Shown here one piece after another: positions 1 to 12,900 of a stretch of 64,000 nucleotides of DNA. This stretch comes from Paragordius varius. Taxonomy: Eukaryota; Animalia; Nematomorpha. A program made the position numbers and the translations under genes. The first letter of the stretch is position 1. Every line of letters begins with the position of its first letter. The stretch covers positions 7,998,001 to 8,062,000 of the forward strand of contig OZ176053.1 of the NCBI GenBank assembly GCA_964247055.1, read 5' to 3'. The notes beneath the pieces were generated by a model. The model was not told the DNA's origin and did no database searches. It saw only the letters and a list, made by a program, of their open reading frames with translations.

Positions 1-1080
1 AGCAGTTAAAATGCAAAAATCAATTTTTTAGATACAATCGAAATTTAGGAACGAACTTCCAATTGTTTGTGGGGGAATATAAATTTAAATAGTGTACAGT
101 TTCTAAAAACGCTGAAAATCAAAATTTTATAATAAAAACATATTAACCTGTTTAATACTAGATTTGCTGTTAAGTAAAAATAAGCTTGATAATATATAAA
201 ACTGTTTGGATGCTTAATTAAAAATATCTTGCCATCTCACCGAACGAATTAATCCATGATTATTTTTTCCATTTTAAAACCTCCATTACGAAATTTTATT
301 TACTTTCTATTTCATCGCGTTTCAGGAACATTTTATAGATGTAAAGGCTTATAGTAACACAAGCTTATTTTATAAATATTTTATTCTATTTAGCCATTTT
401 GATTCATTTAAGAACAAATATTCTTCACAACTGAATGTTTAGAATCGGTACTTTGCATTTTTTTCCTTTTATGCAACGTGACCCCAACCTTGTTATGATC
501 TGAAAGCTGGTACACTATCCGAAAATATTATGAAAATCAGCCATGACATTAAATTTTGCATACTATATATATTCAGGGGCGTACCGAGGGGGGGGCAAGG
601 GGGTGCATCATGCCCCGGGAGCCGTTATTTAGGGGCGCCTAAATGATTTTTTAAATTAAATTTTAATTATGCAAAAATGATAAGAACTTTTAAATGAGAT
701 TTTTCAGCACTTTAGGTAATAATCCCTAAAATATATACTCTATTATTCACCTAATTAGTACCATAAAACGAGAATGACCTAACATTATTGAGAGTGGTAA
801 AAGAAAAAATTTAATATGATAGATTTTAATAATATAATTGATCATTTGCAATATCAAAAGCCAGAAAAAATTAAACATAAAAGATATTTTTTCTCTTAGT
901 TGCTTTTTTCCTTTGCAAGTGAAAAAATCTTCATATAATTAATATTTTAATTGCATTATAATTCTATTAAAATCGTATTGTAAAATTCGCTTAGAATTAC
1001 AATTATTTTTTAAATCATTATTGTTCGCCATTATCATAAGATCAATTCAAATGCAACTAAAACATTATTTTTATATATAA

Positions 1081-2771
1081 CTAGTGTAAATCTCGTGGTG
1101 CTACGCAGCCCGAGGAAGTCCTTCGGACTTCTGGGGAGGGGGGATTTTTGATTTTAAGCAATTTTGTTATGCGGCACGAAGTTTTAAAATGAATCACAGA
1201 GTCTTATAAGTTTTCTGAAATTTGGCGTATCGATATGGCGCAGTTGTAGGCAGCCCCCTACCCAGAGGACAATATAAAAATGCAGTTAGATAAAAAAATT
1301 TGTCTTTTACCTGGAATTATACATTCCTAATAGTTTATGGAAGAATGGCTTCAAAACTAAATAATAGTTCAATGATAGCCCGTTTTTTATGAGTAAAGGG
1401 CCTATTTAACTAGGGTTGTGCTGACCAAATCATGACCCGGTCAATTGACCGGGTCATGACCAGGTCAGTGACTATTTATTTTTTGACCATGGTCATTTAA
1501 AAAAACAGCTGTTTTTTAAAAAATTGCTGATAATTTTTTTGGAAGAGAGATAGTAAGATTTTATTGTTTTTTTATATATTTTTGAAAAACTAAAAATTAA
1601 ATATTTTAATATGCTTATTTAACAATATAAAATTGTTTAACATGCATTATAACATTAGCATTTAAGCATATCCAGTTATTTCGAAAAACAAAACAATCAA
1701 GACTTTGCAAAATATGCAACTATATTTGTGAACCAATAAAAAGAATTTTATAATTGGATATTTCAATGATGTAAGAAAGTGTAAAACAAACTAGGTAAAA
1801 TTTTATTTGAAATATCCAGTATTAAAATCTATTTACTTGAAGATTCAGACCACAAACATATGGAATTCTTGACTAAATTTGATTCAAAATATTTGGAAAC
1901 AATAAATATCGAAAAAATGTATAATACCAACTTTTAAGAAAAAACATGACATTATTTGAGTAAAACGCAAGTGTCGTTCGAACATTATTTCCATCCAATA
2001 TCGCATGATATTTACTTACATAAAAAGTGGTCATGACCACGGTCATGACCATGGTCTGACTGGGTCTGACCGGACTTTTTCGAAAAAGCAGTCAAATGCA
2101 CAACCCTATATTTAACAGCTAATTCAAAAAATCCGCTCGACTAAAATTTTTGACTTTTTACTGGTAATACTTTAAGCAGCTATTAAACTCATATGGCCTG
2201 ATATTTCTGAAATTTAGCCCCACGCTATTTCGATATGACAAATCAGTTTTTAGCGGGTAGCTCCTTACTCAGCAGCTATCATCAAAGAAACGCTTCACTA
2301 AAATTTTTGCTTTTTAACAGGGAATACGTGGAATCCTTATTGAATTTTTACGGTCTCATACCTAGGGCATAAAATAGATTTAAAAAATTATTTTTGTGGA
2401 CTTTGTTTTTTGAAAAAGGTGGCATTTTACGGGGGGAGTGGGTAAAAAGAGGGCCTAAATTAAAAAAGCGAGACGACTGTGTTCGGCGCAATCGAAAATA
2501 AGTAAACATAAATCATATTTAAAATTGAATGGTCCAACACGTTCTCCGGAAAATTGTCTCAAAAACACGATTTTTGTGGACTTGTGTTTTCAAAAAAAAC
2601 CATTTTTCACACGGGGTGGGCCCGAACTGGGGGCCTATTTCAAAAAAGGGCGAAGCTATTGTCGGGGTATTCATTAATGATTATATTTTTTCGATGTATG
2701 GATATTGGGTTTACCGGTTTTCCTGTACCAGATCACAAAGCCAGCATTTTCCATTTTTATAAATATATAGA
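1081..2771 (-). mobile_element. Non-autonomous Helitron-like element nested in the hAT element
   Basis: On the minus strand it starts TCTATATAT (2771) and ends with an imperfect hairpin CTCGGGCTGC-GTA-GCACCACGAG, 7 nt, then CTAG (1081). It sits between A (1080) and T (2772) with no TSD, the Helitron insertion signature. Confidence 0.7.
1411..2108. mobile_element. hAT MITE nested in the Helitron
   Basis: Perfect 11-bp TIR TAGGGTTGTGC; perfect 8-bp TSD TATTTAAC (1403-1410, 2109-2116); clustered subterminal TGACC/GGTCA repeats at both ends. Confidence 0.9.
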
Positions 2772-5420
2772 TTTTCATATTATAGAATTTATATGAACAT
2801 TTATGTATTTAAATTGAATAAATTTATTATCATATAAATATATATATTCAATAGATTTAAATATGACTGTGCTGTCTTATCTATGGTGTTTAGGTTACAA
2901 CGTTTGTATTTTTTTACTAAATTGTTTTATTAGCTTTTAAAAAAAGAGGGGGGGGGGGCGCCATAAAAGTTTTATGCCCCGGGCGCCGCAAATGCTCGGT
3001 ACGCCACTGTATATATTTATATATAAACTTTTGTTGGTGACTCCAATATATGAATTGACGAATAGATTTAATCAAAAAACTCCCTTAACTTCGCAAAATA
3101 TTGATAAGTTGGAAATAGGTGGCATGATCCATTATCAATGTTTATTGATTATAAACTATAAATTTGTCCGAAAAATATCAAACATATCCAAATAATATAT
3201 CTTTAACCAACCATGATCTGAAATTTGCTTTTAGTAAATTTACTATGCTAATATTTAAACATGTATAATGTTCATGGATTAAAATTTTACTGTTTTTTTG
3301 ATTATTATCATGAGTTAAATTTTACTTTGAATAGTTTTGTATGATAAGGATAAAACGTGCGGATACTCACAATTATATACTTAGCAAATACTAAAATATT
3401 TAACCATATACTAACTGTTAAAAAAAATAATTTTCCGCATTAAGCCACTTTTCAAAATAAATATTTAATTTACAGTTTTTTTATTTTTTACTTTCTTTGG
3501 AAAAAGTTTACTGTTGTGAATGTTTATATCAGATCTATGACTAATACTTAATTTGATGTATTTCAAAATTATATTAATCCGATACTAAGTTAAGATCTTA
3601 ATCAATCATCAAATAAAACCCCATAAGATAAAATAAAAAAAAACAATATCATTTTAATTTTTTAATGAATTATAATTGAGATAATCTGTATTTAGATAAA
3701 GATTTTAGCAAACCTACTATCGAATTTTTCGTTATAATGGTTGTTAAAATTTGGATTTTAACCCTCTTTTCTAACCCCTATAATATGGCCCCGTAAAAAA
3801 ATCGCTAAAAATAGTTTTAAAATAAATAATATTATTCAATAGATTTGTCACACTCATATCATAAATTTTAATATAATTAAATCAATTTAAATCTACTGCA
3901 TATAATATAGTATATTTACCTAATGTGAGATAGATTTGGTGTTGATGAAGAATTGGATATATTAAAATGAAATTAGGTGAAATTTACAAAAAAATATTAA
4001 AAATAAAAAAAGTGAAAAATGGAAAGAGCATTTACGTTTTAAACGCATACATTATATGTGATATTAAATATACCTGCTGCTTTATCTATTTAATTTTTGA
4101 TGGAATAATAAAATAATATAAAAGGGAAAATGCTAACTATATATTGTATACATTAGCCATCACCTACTTTTAATACGTCATACAATTAGTTAGTTATAGT
4201 AGATTTTTATATATTACCAAATCTCTATTATGTGATATTGTGTAATTTTATCGATATTATATGCATTAATCAAAATAATGGTCACATTGATAAATTTAAT
4301 ATAAAATATTTTTGTATGAATTGCGGAAAAACAATCGGTATCATACAAAAATTGACATATTAAAACAGTCATGTCCAAAGCCACCCGTTATTACATCTAG
4401 ATTTTAGTAATTAAAATTAGAGAAGATCAAGATTCTGGACATTTATGATACGGGACTCATTTGGAATAGCATTTATTAAACGTATAATTTCACAAAAAGC
4501 TGTAATTGGGCGATACTTTGTTTCACATTTTAAAATTTTAATTATATTCAACGGTGTTCGTTTATGGATTTAACTTTTCCAAGCTGTCGAATTTTTTTCA
4601 TTATTTAACGTCGATTTATTTAAAAAAACAATCTATATTACACAACGCAAATATAAGGTAAATTTTAAACGTTTTAAACATTTTAAGCACAAATTAAAAT
4701 GCAAACAAGCATTCATTAGAATTTTATATTTATATACGGGCTGCAACTATCGGGTAAACATATTTAAATTAATGAAACCGAATATTGTTAATCTTTAACG
4801 AACAAATTTAAACTAAAAATATAAAGAGTTTGTGACAAACCTTGTCGAGTATTCTTCTCATTATAGAATGCGACTTTGCAACTTGGGATTTTCATTTAAA
4901 AATATTATTGCTTCAATAAATTAGATTCCAAATGTTTTTTTAGTTTAAGGTTAAATCTTAATTTACGATTTTCTTATGAACCCCTGTGCAAAGGTTTCGG
5001 AGATGTGTTTTTGGATTTTTTATGAATTTTAAAATGAAACCGGGGGTCCCTAGAATTTCGGAACCCAAATCTGGGTTGTTTCAGACCAAGTACACTTTTT
5101 ACATTTATAACTAGTCCCATTTTGGTTCCTGACTTTTCATTAAAATTTTCGTACAAAATAAAAATAATATTATGAACCAAAATATCAACAATTGTGAAAA
5201 ACAAAATTCATTAAAATATTGCCAAATGTATAAGCGCAAAGGTAAATAAGTGTATTTGTATTAACTATTAGATCTATGAAATCTTTATTACACTTAAAAA
5301 ACAATTGCACCAAGCGATTCGGTAAGAATACTTCTCAATCTGATAATAAAGTTTAGCTTTGAAAAATTTCTTTCTCTGTTGTCCGCATTATGTACCGTTA
5401 ATGTATCCTTAAATGATAAA

Positions 5421-6401
5421 GGGTGGGGTGATAAAAAAGTTTCATTGACTTGTAACCAAGCGTGGCAAGTTTAGCAAGATTACTTAAGCCAGCAAGTGTA
5501 CACTTGAAGATTGGCGATAAAAAACACTTAAGTTAAGTCTTTTGCTTATGAATTTAACAGTTTTTTGCCACCCAATTCGAATTTCATGAAAACTTCTTTG
5601 ATCATTTTCAGCCAAAATTTATGAAATAAGGCACAAAAAGATAAACAATTAATACTATATGCATTTATTGAAGTTTTTAAACCTCACAGGCACGTATCCT
5701 ATTTAATATTGAGTTTTCTAAATATTGAGCCTGGTAATAATTTTTAGATTGATGAAACCATTCGCCCTTAAAACACTTTCCATTATTTTACCACACTACT
5801 TATTTTGTTTGGAGTCCAGTTGCAATAATAGGTAGATGTTCTTACAATATAACATATTATTTTTAATTGATTATCAACATTACATTCGAAATAAATTTAT
5901 GATGAAATAAATTCTTTACATTAGTTAATAGCGAAGTAACCTTTAGCGTTTAATAAAAGTTTGAAATTTTAAAATTAATATTTAATTATTATGTTTAAGA
6001 AATTCGAGAATCAAATTTTTTGCGTTCATGCTCTTAAATATTAGCAGAGCTTTTCTATAAATTTATCATCTTTTTATCCATCCAATAAATATATCAATTA
6101 GCCAAAATTTATCAATTTAACATTTTATAGCACTAACAAAGGTTTAAATTACATATAAAACCTAAATTTTATACATAAATAGTTGCCAAAATAATTTTAT
6201 CCATATTTTTAAATCTGTCAAGTGTGCCCTACACCGCACTTGAAAAATCTTTAAGTTTTAACTGATCATATGATTTTTTATCACCTCCAAATCAAGTTTT
6301 CTTGTAAGTCGTCTAATGTTAGATTTTTTTTATCACATGAAAACAAGCCATGATTGGAAAAACTTGCAAGTCAAGTCATAAAATTTTTTATCACCCCACT
6401 T
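5421..6401. mobile_element. TIR element (MITE), superfamily unresolved
   Basis: Inverted repeat core GTGGGGTGATAAAAAA at 5423-5438 and 6384-6399, followed by weaker similarity. TSD is ambiguous (TAAA on both flanks, off by one base). Confidence 0.65.
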
Positions 6402-6567
6402 AAAATTTTAATATTTTCACAAATTTATAACTAAAGTGGGTTGCGGTTTGAATACCACTGACATATACTGTGGTTCATTTTTTTCATTAGGTAATAAATT
6501 ATGGACGCTATAGTTTATGGTATTTGACCTGAAGTTTTCATAAATTAATAATCTAAATGTTTTAAAT

Positions 6568-6781
6568 CAGGGGTGTCCTACGCTCCGCAGGCCGTATTTT
6601 CGGAAGGCATTAACATTTTATTTTAAAAATACAACGGTAAAAGGTACTGTTTATTTTAACAATTTAGTTCATTGCCATAATTTAAGGGATTATACATTGG
6701 TTTAACAAAATTAATTTTACTTAGATTCCGTATCTTACGGGCTGCAGAAATATTTCGGCAGCCACGCGTTGTACACCTATG
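6568..6781. mobile_element. Short hAT (Charlie-like) MITE
   Basis: Ends CAGGGGTGTCCTACGC and reverse-complement CATAGGTGTACAACGC; 8-bp TSD TTTTAAAT / TTCTAAAT (1 mismatch). Confidence 0.7.
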
Positions 6782-7009
6782 TTCTAAATCTATAGATTAA
6801 AAAATCTATATAATTATGTCTGTGGTTTTCTTCAAGTGTTAAACGTAGATATTCAAGAAAAATCGTAAACATGGTAATTCCATTTCAAAACAAATTTTAA
6901 AATTACGATATTCATTCCACTTTGATGGAAAACTAGAAAATTTTTTATGATACAATCATATTTAAATAATAATTTTTATATTTTTTACCAATATGGAAAC
7001 AACTTATTT

Positions 7010-7125
7010 TAGAGGTGTAACTGGGGCTGGTTCCAAAGAATTCGAAAATGGAACCGGGGTGGTTTCTGAGAAATTGGAACCGGAACCGCATTGGTTCCTA
7101 CTCAACGGATCCGGTTCGAAGCCAT
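7010..7125. repeat. Probable hAT terminal fragment with GGAACC/GGTTCC subterminal repeats
   Basis: TAGAGGTGTAAC followed by several GGAACCGG/GGTTCC motifs; no convincing partner end found. Confidence 0.4.
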
Positions 7126-7941
7126 GTAATAAAGTAAATTGTTTAAATTTCATAATTTTTTATATTCACTTAATTTAAACAAATGTTGTTTGATTATATT
7201 TCGAATTCTGTGCAGGGCGTAAATACTTTTGTGAAGGGCTGAAACCCGGGACCACGTGTGAAAGTATTACATCTTAAACTATTTTTTATAATGCGTCTAA
7301 AATTTAAATTTATATTTGTCGCTTTATGTCGTTGAACTATTTTAAACCAACATATATATTAGTGAACAAATGTACAAATTAAATTTTTAAGTTGCCTTCA
7401 GAACCTTACCTGAGATGGAAATTTATTTCTAATATTATTTTAAAAAAAAGGTCATGTGTGACAGCCTGTACCGTCATAGAACTCTATCTATAGAGTCTTC
7501 CGCTATTATGCAATTTTCTAATTAAATTTTTATTTTGTCCATCCATCTCGTTTTAGGACGCCTATATACCACATAATCTTTTATTAACAACTTTGGCTAC
7601 CGCAACAATATATGTCATGTATAAAATTTAAATGTATTTAAAAATAATTTGATCATAATATGTTAGAAATTCGTCGCTCCATCTCAGCTTACATTTATCT
7701 AAAATATAGTGACCCATCGACAGGTTTATAATATAGCTCATACCTCAGAATTTTATATCTAAAAGTTTAATAACAACAATACTTTAAAATTTAGGTTGTC
7801 CTAACTTCAACAACTGATTTTAAACACTAAATACTTAGTCAACACTTTTGTTAAAACCATATGAACGCGTCATCATTTGAATACTGCTTTTAAATTCAAA
7901 TATCCTTAAAAGTAAAATAAAGGACCAAAATTATATTTTAA

Positions 7942-8522
7942 CACTTTGATTCAGATTGGGGTATGTAAATACCCCAGACAAATTTTAAATTAATATATTT
8001 AAAAAACTACTGAAAGAAACGGTCCCAATTTAAATTTATGCTTCTATCCTAATAAAAATTATATAAATATGCAAAAACATCTTGATAAAATTTTCTTTTG
8101 AAAAAAAAGCTTCATGTCAAACTACTTCGACGCCATTTTTATTTTACAAAATTTTTGCAAAATGTCGTCTTCATTTAATTTTAAGGGTAAAATTAAAGTT
8201 AATTTTTAATTTAAATTACGTCTAACATTGATAGCGATACAAAAAGCGGTTTATTTTGTATTATTTAATAATTTTATCATTTCACACATGTCACGTTGAC
8301 GTAATTTTTACCTTTAGGTTTTAGCTTAAAATAATAAAAACAAGTATTTTTAAATAAATATTTTTATATAATTCGGTTTATTAATGTTACATAAGTGCAA
8401 AATTTTGCCATGGTTTTGATTCCTTCCATACTTTTTAAAGTATTAGATTTTAAACAGGCCTGGGGTATTTAACTACCCCAATTTGAATCGAAGGACTAAA
8501 ATGAGTGTGTTGTATTCAAGTG
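7942..8522 (+). mobile_element. piggyBac-like MITE, copy 1
   Basis: TTAA|CACTT ... AAGTG|TTAA; internal inverted repeat TTCGATTCAAATTGGGGTA...TACCCCAG offset by a spacer at one end; recurs at 51277, 59285 and 60065. Confidence 0.8.
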
Positions 8523-9960
8523 TTAATACCATTAATCAGTATTGATAAATCGAAAATTTTTGGGGGCGAAAGATTTAAGATGAATATTTCATAAAGTCTA
8601 CATTATTATAATGTTTTTCTATTGCATAAAAGACCATTGCAATATTATTATTGACTTTTTATTTTAATCAAATAGTTTTTAGTTGTATTTTATAAGTTAA
8701 GCTCTGGAATTAACCCGATAAATCGCTTTCTAAATCCATCCCAAAACTTTTTAAAATGTTAATATTTCATTACCTTTTTATTAAATAATAACACTTTTTT
8801 TATATGATTTAATGTTGAACATATCATATCTGATTTTTGATTAGTTCTCCAAATAAGCTTTAAAATTCCAAAGTTGAAGTCAAACAATTTTTGAATAAAA
8901 AGGCTGTGATTTAGTTCATCATTCGAATTTAGAAAAGGTGTTTTTATACCGTTTCTGAATGGCTTTAAAAAACAAATAACCTCGCTTCATCAAAATTTGC
9001 AAAAATACAAAAAATGTGACCAAAATTTAGCAAATACTTGAATTTTTGTCTCGCAATATCCGGATATTTAATTTAAGAAAACTTACCTATCTTAATATCG
9101 GAGCCCTCATAAATATTCAAATAAAAATTTTTGTTTAAATGCGCAAATTTTGCCATTTGATATGGAGTACTTAGCACAAAAGCTTTAATAAATTTTTTCT
9201 ATCACTTGTAAGAGCCGAAGTCAAAAGCATCATGATAATCCGATAATCAGAATTTATATTTCATCATGAAACTTCTAAAACCCCTCGATAATGGTCGTAC
9301 TATATATAGAGTTGGTACCAACAAAGTGGCTATTTTTTATATTAGGCCCAAAATGAAGCCTTATGATTCTTGATTATTTATGTATTATATCAGAATATTT
9401 TTATATACCACCTCCGACTATGTGAGCAAGGTTCTGTAAAAGATACCTTTTAGAGTTTTTTTAACTTTTAGAGTTCCGAATTGTAATAGCTTCGAAACCC
9501 GATGAAACAAAAGATTGATCCTTTAATAGCAAGTGTTTTGGGAAAATTTAACTTGAAAGCTTAAAATTAATTATTTATATTTTCCAACCTTGATACAAAT
9601 TTATTTGCCCTTTAAATTAGCGATTGTTTAAAAAAACGGCTGCAAAAATTTAAAAAAATGATTTATTGAAAATTTGGTTTCTTTTAAAAGATTTTTTGAA
9701 GCATGCGTTCAAAATACTCAAGAAAGCATATAATTTGGCCCAATACCTTAAATACTTTTTAATATATTCAAATTTTAATAAAGTTATTAAGTTAGATCTG
9801 TAATTAAAATGTATTGATTATTAAGTAAATTAAATACTTAAATAAAAACAAATTTTCTACTAAAATTTTTTTACAAATTTAATATACTCAAGATGTCTAG
9901 GTGGATGATTTTAGTTTGATACATTTACCATATGCTTTTTCCAAAATAATATTTGCCCAA

Positions 9961-12900
9961 ATGTCTTTTATCAAGAATCAAATTATTAAACGATTAGAGA
10001 GGTTTTTAATTGATTTTATAGTAGGTTTATAAAAAATCTTTCATCTGATATGTTAAGCATAAGTCTTGTAAAAGGAGAGGCGAAATTAACTAAGGTTAAT
10101 ATTGATGAAAAGGCACTTATGGAGATGTTAAAATTCCCTCGCTTTATAATACTTCAAAGTGCAATATGTAATGAGGTCTTTATTAAAGTAAAAATAATTT
10201 TCAATTGTTAGATACCTTGGACAAAATTAAAAACAGACCCCATATATTTAGTAATATAGCAAAAATATATTATAGGCATTTGATTGCGTCGAGGTTCAAG
10301 TTATTTTGGATCAAAAATTTGACCCATCAAAAAATTTTCTTGACTCTATCATTGATTCGGCCAGGTATTTAATTATTATGAATTTAGTGAAACTATTCAA
10401 AATTTGAATTTAGAACTAAACAATGCTCACCATATTCATCCACCCACTGGTTATAATAAAATGCTATCAAATCTTCAATCTTCCACATCATACACATCTT
10501 TGATCGATAAAATAATTGAAGGCGTTAAAATATCCATTAACACCCTTATTATAACTATAACATGCCCCGATAATTTTAGGGCCAATATTGAAGTATATTA
10601 CTAATTATATGGTTTAGTTGACATCCATTATGATACACAGCACAACCCATAATTGGAAACCATGTAATTTGAAATTGTCTCGTATATCCTTGAAGGAGTA
10701 TGGCACATATTTGCATTTTAAAGGTATTTGGTAAATTGACCATGAATTTCTTATTAATTTTGATTTAATGTCGAGTTATTTTAGTAAACTACTTTTTAAT
10801 TTCAAGTTTGCTTATGTTTCTTGCTTTATATGATTGTGATAATATTTTTGCTTATAAAATTAATTAAATATTTGTCATCTGTAGCTGGTTAATTATGACC
10901 TGTTGTTTTCCAATGTAAACCTAAGCTCTTTTCCCTCCTATGATTTTGTCATGAATGATAACACCTGAGCACTTTAACCGATAAATTCCAATTTTTATAA
11001 TTGATATTGGTTTTTTATATAATATAAAATCAGGTTAAGATGATTTGGGATTAAATTTCATGGCAATTAATCAGCATACATAGTTTTTTTAAAAAGTTTT
11101 TGGATAATTATCCCATTATTTGTTTTCATTCATTTATTTTTATCATTTACTGTAATGATTTATGTTTAAATATTATAATATATGATTTTAGTTGATATTA
11201 TTAGTATTAATTTATTTTAAATTTCTTGCTATATTTTCATAATTTTTTGATATCTCGTAAAGTTTCTTTAGTGTTGGAATTTAATAAGATTAGATTAATT
11301 TTTATTTTGTATTCAATAATAACCAAATATACTATAAAATGTTAAATAATTTGTAGAAATTTTTTGGAACAACACTCGGGTAGAAGTTCAAATTTTATAC
11401 GATCAAAAACTAAACACGGCCCTTGGACCTTCATTGAAAATTTTGACGAATCAAAATCGTATCAAACTAATCACCCAAAAATTTATGCCAAGTATACATA
11501 ATCGATAAATTACAAATTGTTTAACCGTTAAATATTTTTAATAAAATATTTCAATAGCTAAATATTTGTTAATGTTTATACACTTGAGGTGTAAATAAAC
11601 CCACGTTTACATTTAGTTGTAATTTATTATAAATAATAAGGGAAAACCAATAAATGGGTATCGAAATAAATAAAATCACAGTTGCAACTTTGTAACAATT
11701 TACCAGCCCCAAAATCCCAAACATATTGCCATATAGGCTGTTTGCTCTCTTTAAAACTTTCTCATTTTTTTAAATTTAAAAATTTTATTCGAAAATGCAA
11801 TTTTTTTAGATACGCTGGCTACTAGTTTTTTGCCTCCAAACCATCCACTCCTTGTACACAAAGATATGAATTCAACGTTTACTTCGACTATACCGGCTCT
11901 CAATTTGGTTCATAGTGAGTTTATGATGGAAGATTTTTTGTGTATAATCAATGAAAATCAAATTCCTGATATCATATTTATGCTTAGCGCAATACTCAGA
12001 GTTGCTAATAGTTTTAAAAGTGCCATGGTCCAAGCTAGTCATAACCGTAATCATTCATTATAAATAATTGTTTAATGATAAAAGTTTGTAAAATCTTGAA
12101 AATGAATTCAAAATTGGTATTTATTGAATATTATTTTTTTTGCTTCTTTAACAAAGCTATAAATTATTAAGATCTCACACTTAAAACTATGTTATAAAGA
12201 AATAATTATATCATGTTTTCTAGTTGTTTTGTCACTTGTTTCCGATGAATTTTTTAAACATTATTCGATTCATATATGTTGCAATTTAATTTATTTTTTT
12301 GCGTTTATCCTATATATTAGAAAGGGAAAAACTATTATTAATTTAGTATCATTTGTAAGTGTTAAGCCTAAACTTAAAATCTTTAATCTGATATTTTATG
12401 AGTTATGTTTTTTAAATACTAAGAAATTCAAAACCTAGTTTTATATTGCCAATATTTCAAAGCTTACAATAATATATCTCATCAAAATTGAAGGTAACTG
12501 AAATGAGATAAATGTTGCTTTTCAATTGCTTATATTTTCCGCATCTTCTATTTTTAGTTTGGCCTCAGTAAGGTCATCATATATAATACTGAGCCAGCTT
12601 TTGAAAGGCCTATCAGGTTTTGTCAGTTCGAGTAAGACATCTTTATATTAATATAATTATCTGGAGGTCTATTATGGATGTGACCAGCGCATCTTAGTCT
12701 CTTAGCTTTATGTATTAATAGAATATATTAATAGTTACTAATATGAAACTTATGTTTGCAAATATTTTTTATACCCTATAAACAATGTATAGATTCAAGT
12801 TCAAACCCAGATTTCAGTAAAAGTGGTGGTGGAATTCAACCAATTATCAGTCACGGACAAAGTTTTTTAGTGGTATGATTTTAAAATTCCATTTTACGGC

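Larger units (their letters stand above)
574..3009. mobile_element. Non-autonomous hAT-type DNA transposon (outer element of a nest)
   Basis: TIRs CAGGGGCGTACCGAG (574-588) and reverse-complement CAGTGGCGTACCGAG (2995-3009), 1 mismatch; perfect 8-bp TSD TATATATT (566-573, 3010-3017). No transposase ORF. Confidence 0.85.

Noticed and set aside
1425-2075. TGACC/GGTCA repeat clusters as a CRISPR-like or regulatory array
   Set aside because: No regular repeat-spacer period; they are subterminal repeats of a MITE with TIRs and a TSD, in a eukaryotic genome.
2529-2796. Two overlapping short ORFs
   Set aside because: They lie inside the non-autonomous Helitron and show no recognisable motif.
6993-7178. 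61-aa ORF with GTG/EPEP repeats
   Set aside because: It is a by-product of GGAACC subterminal transposon repeats.
9961-10723. BLTP3 5' region as a frameshifted pseudogene or a case of stop-codon reassignment
   Set aside because: Every break is bounded by GT...AG and its removal restores frame and homology exactly; long ORFs elsewhere end normally at TAA, TAG or TGA.
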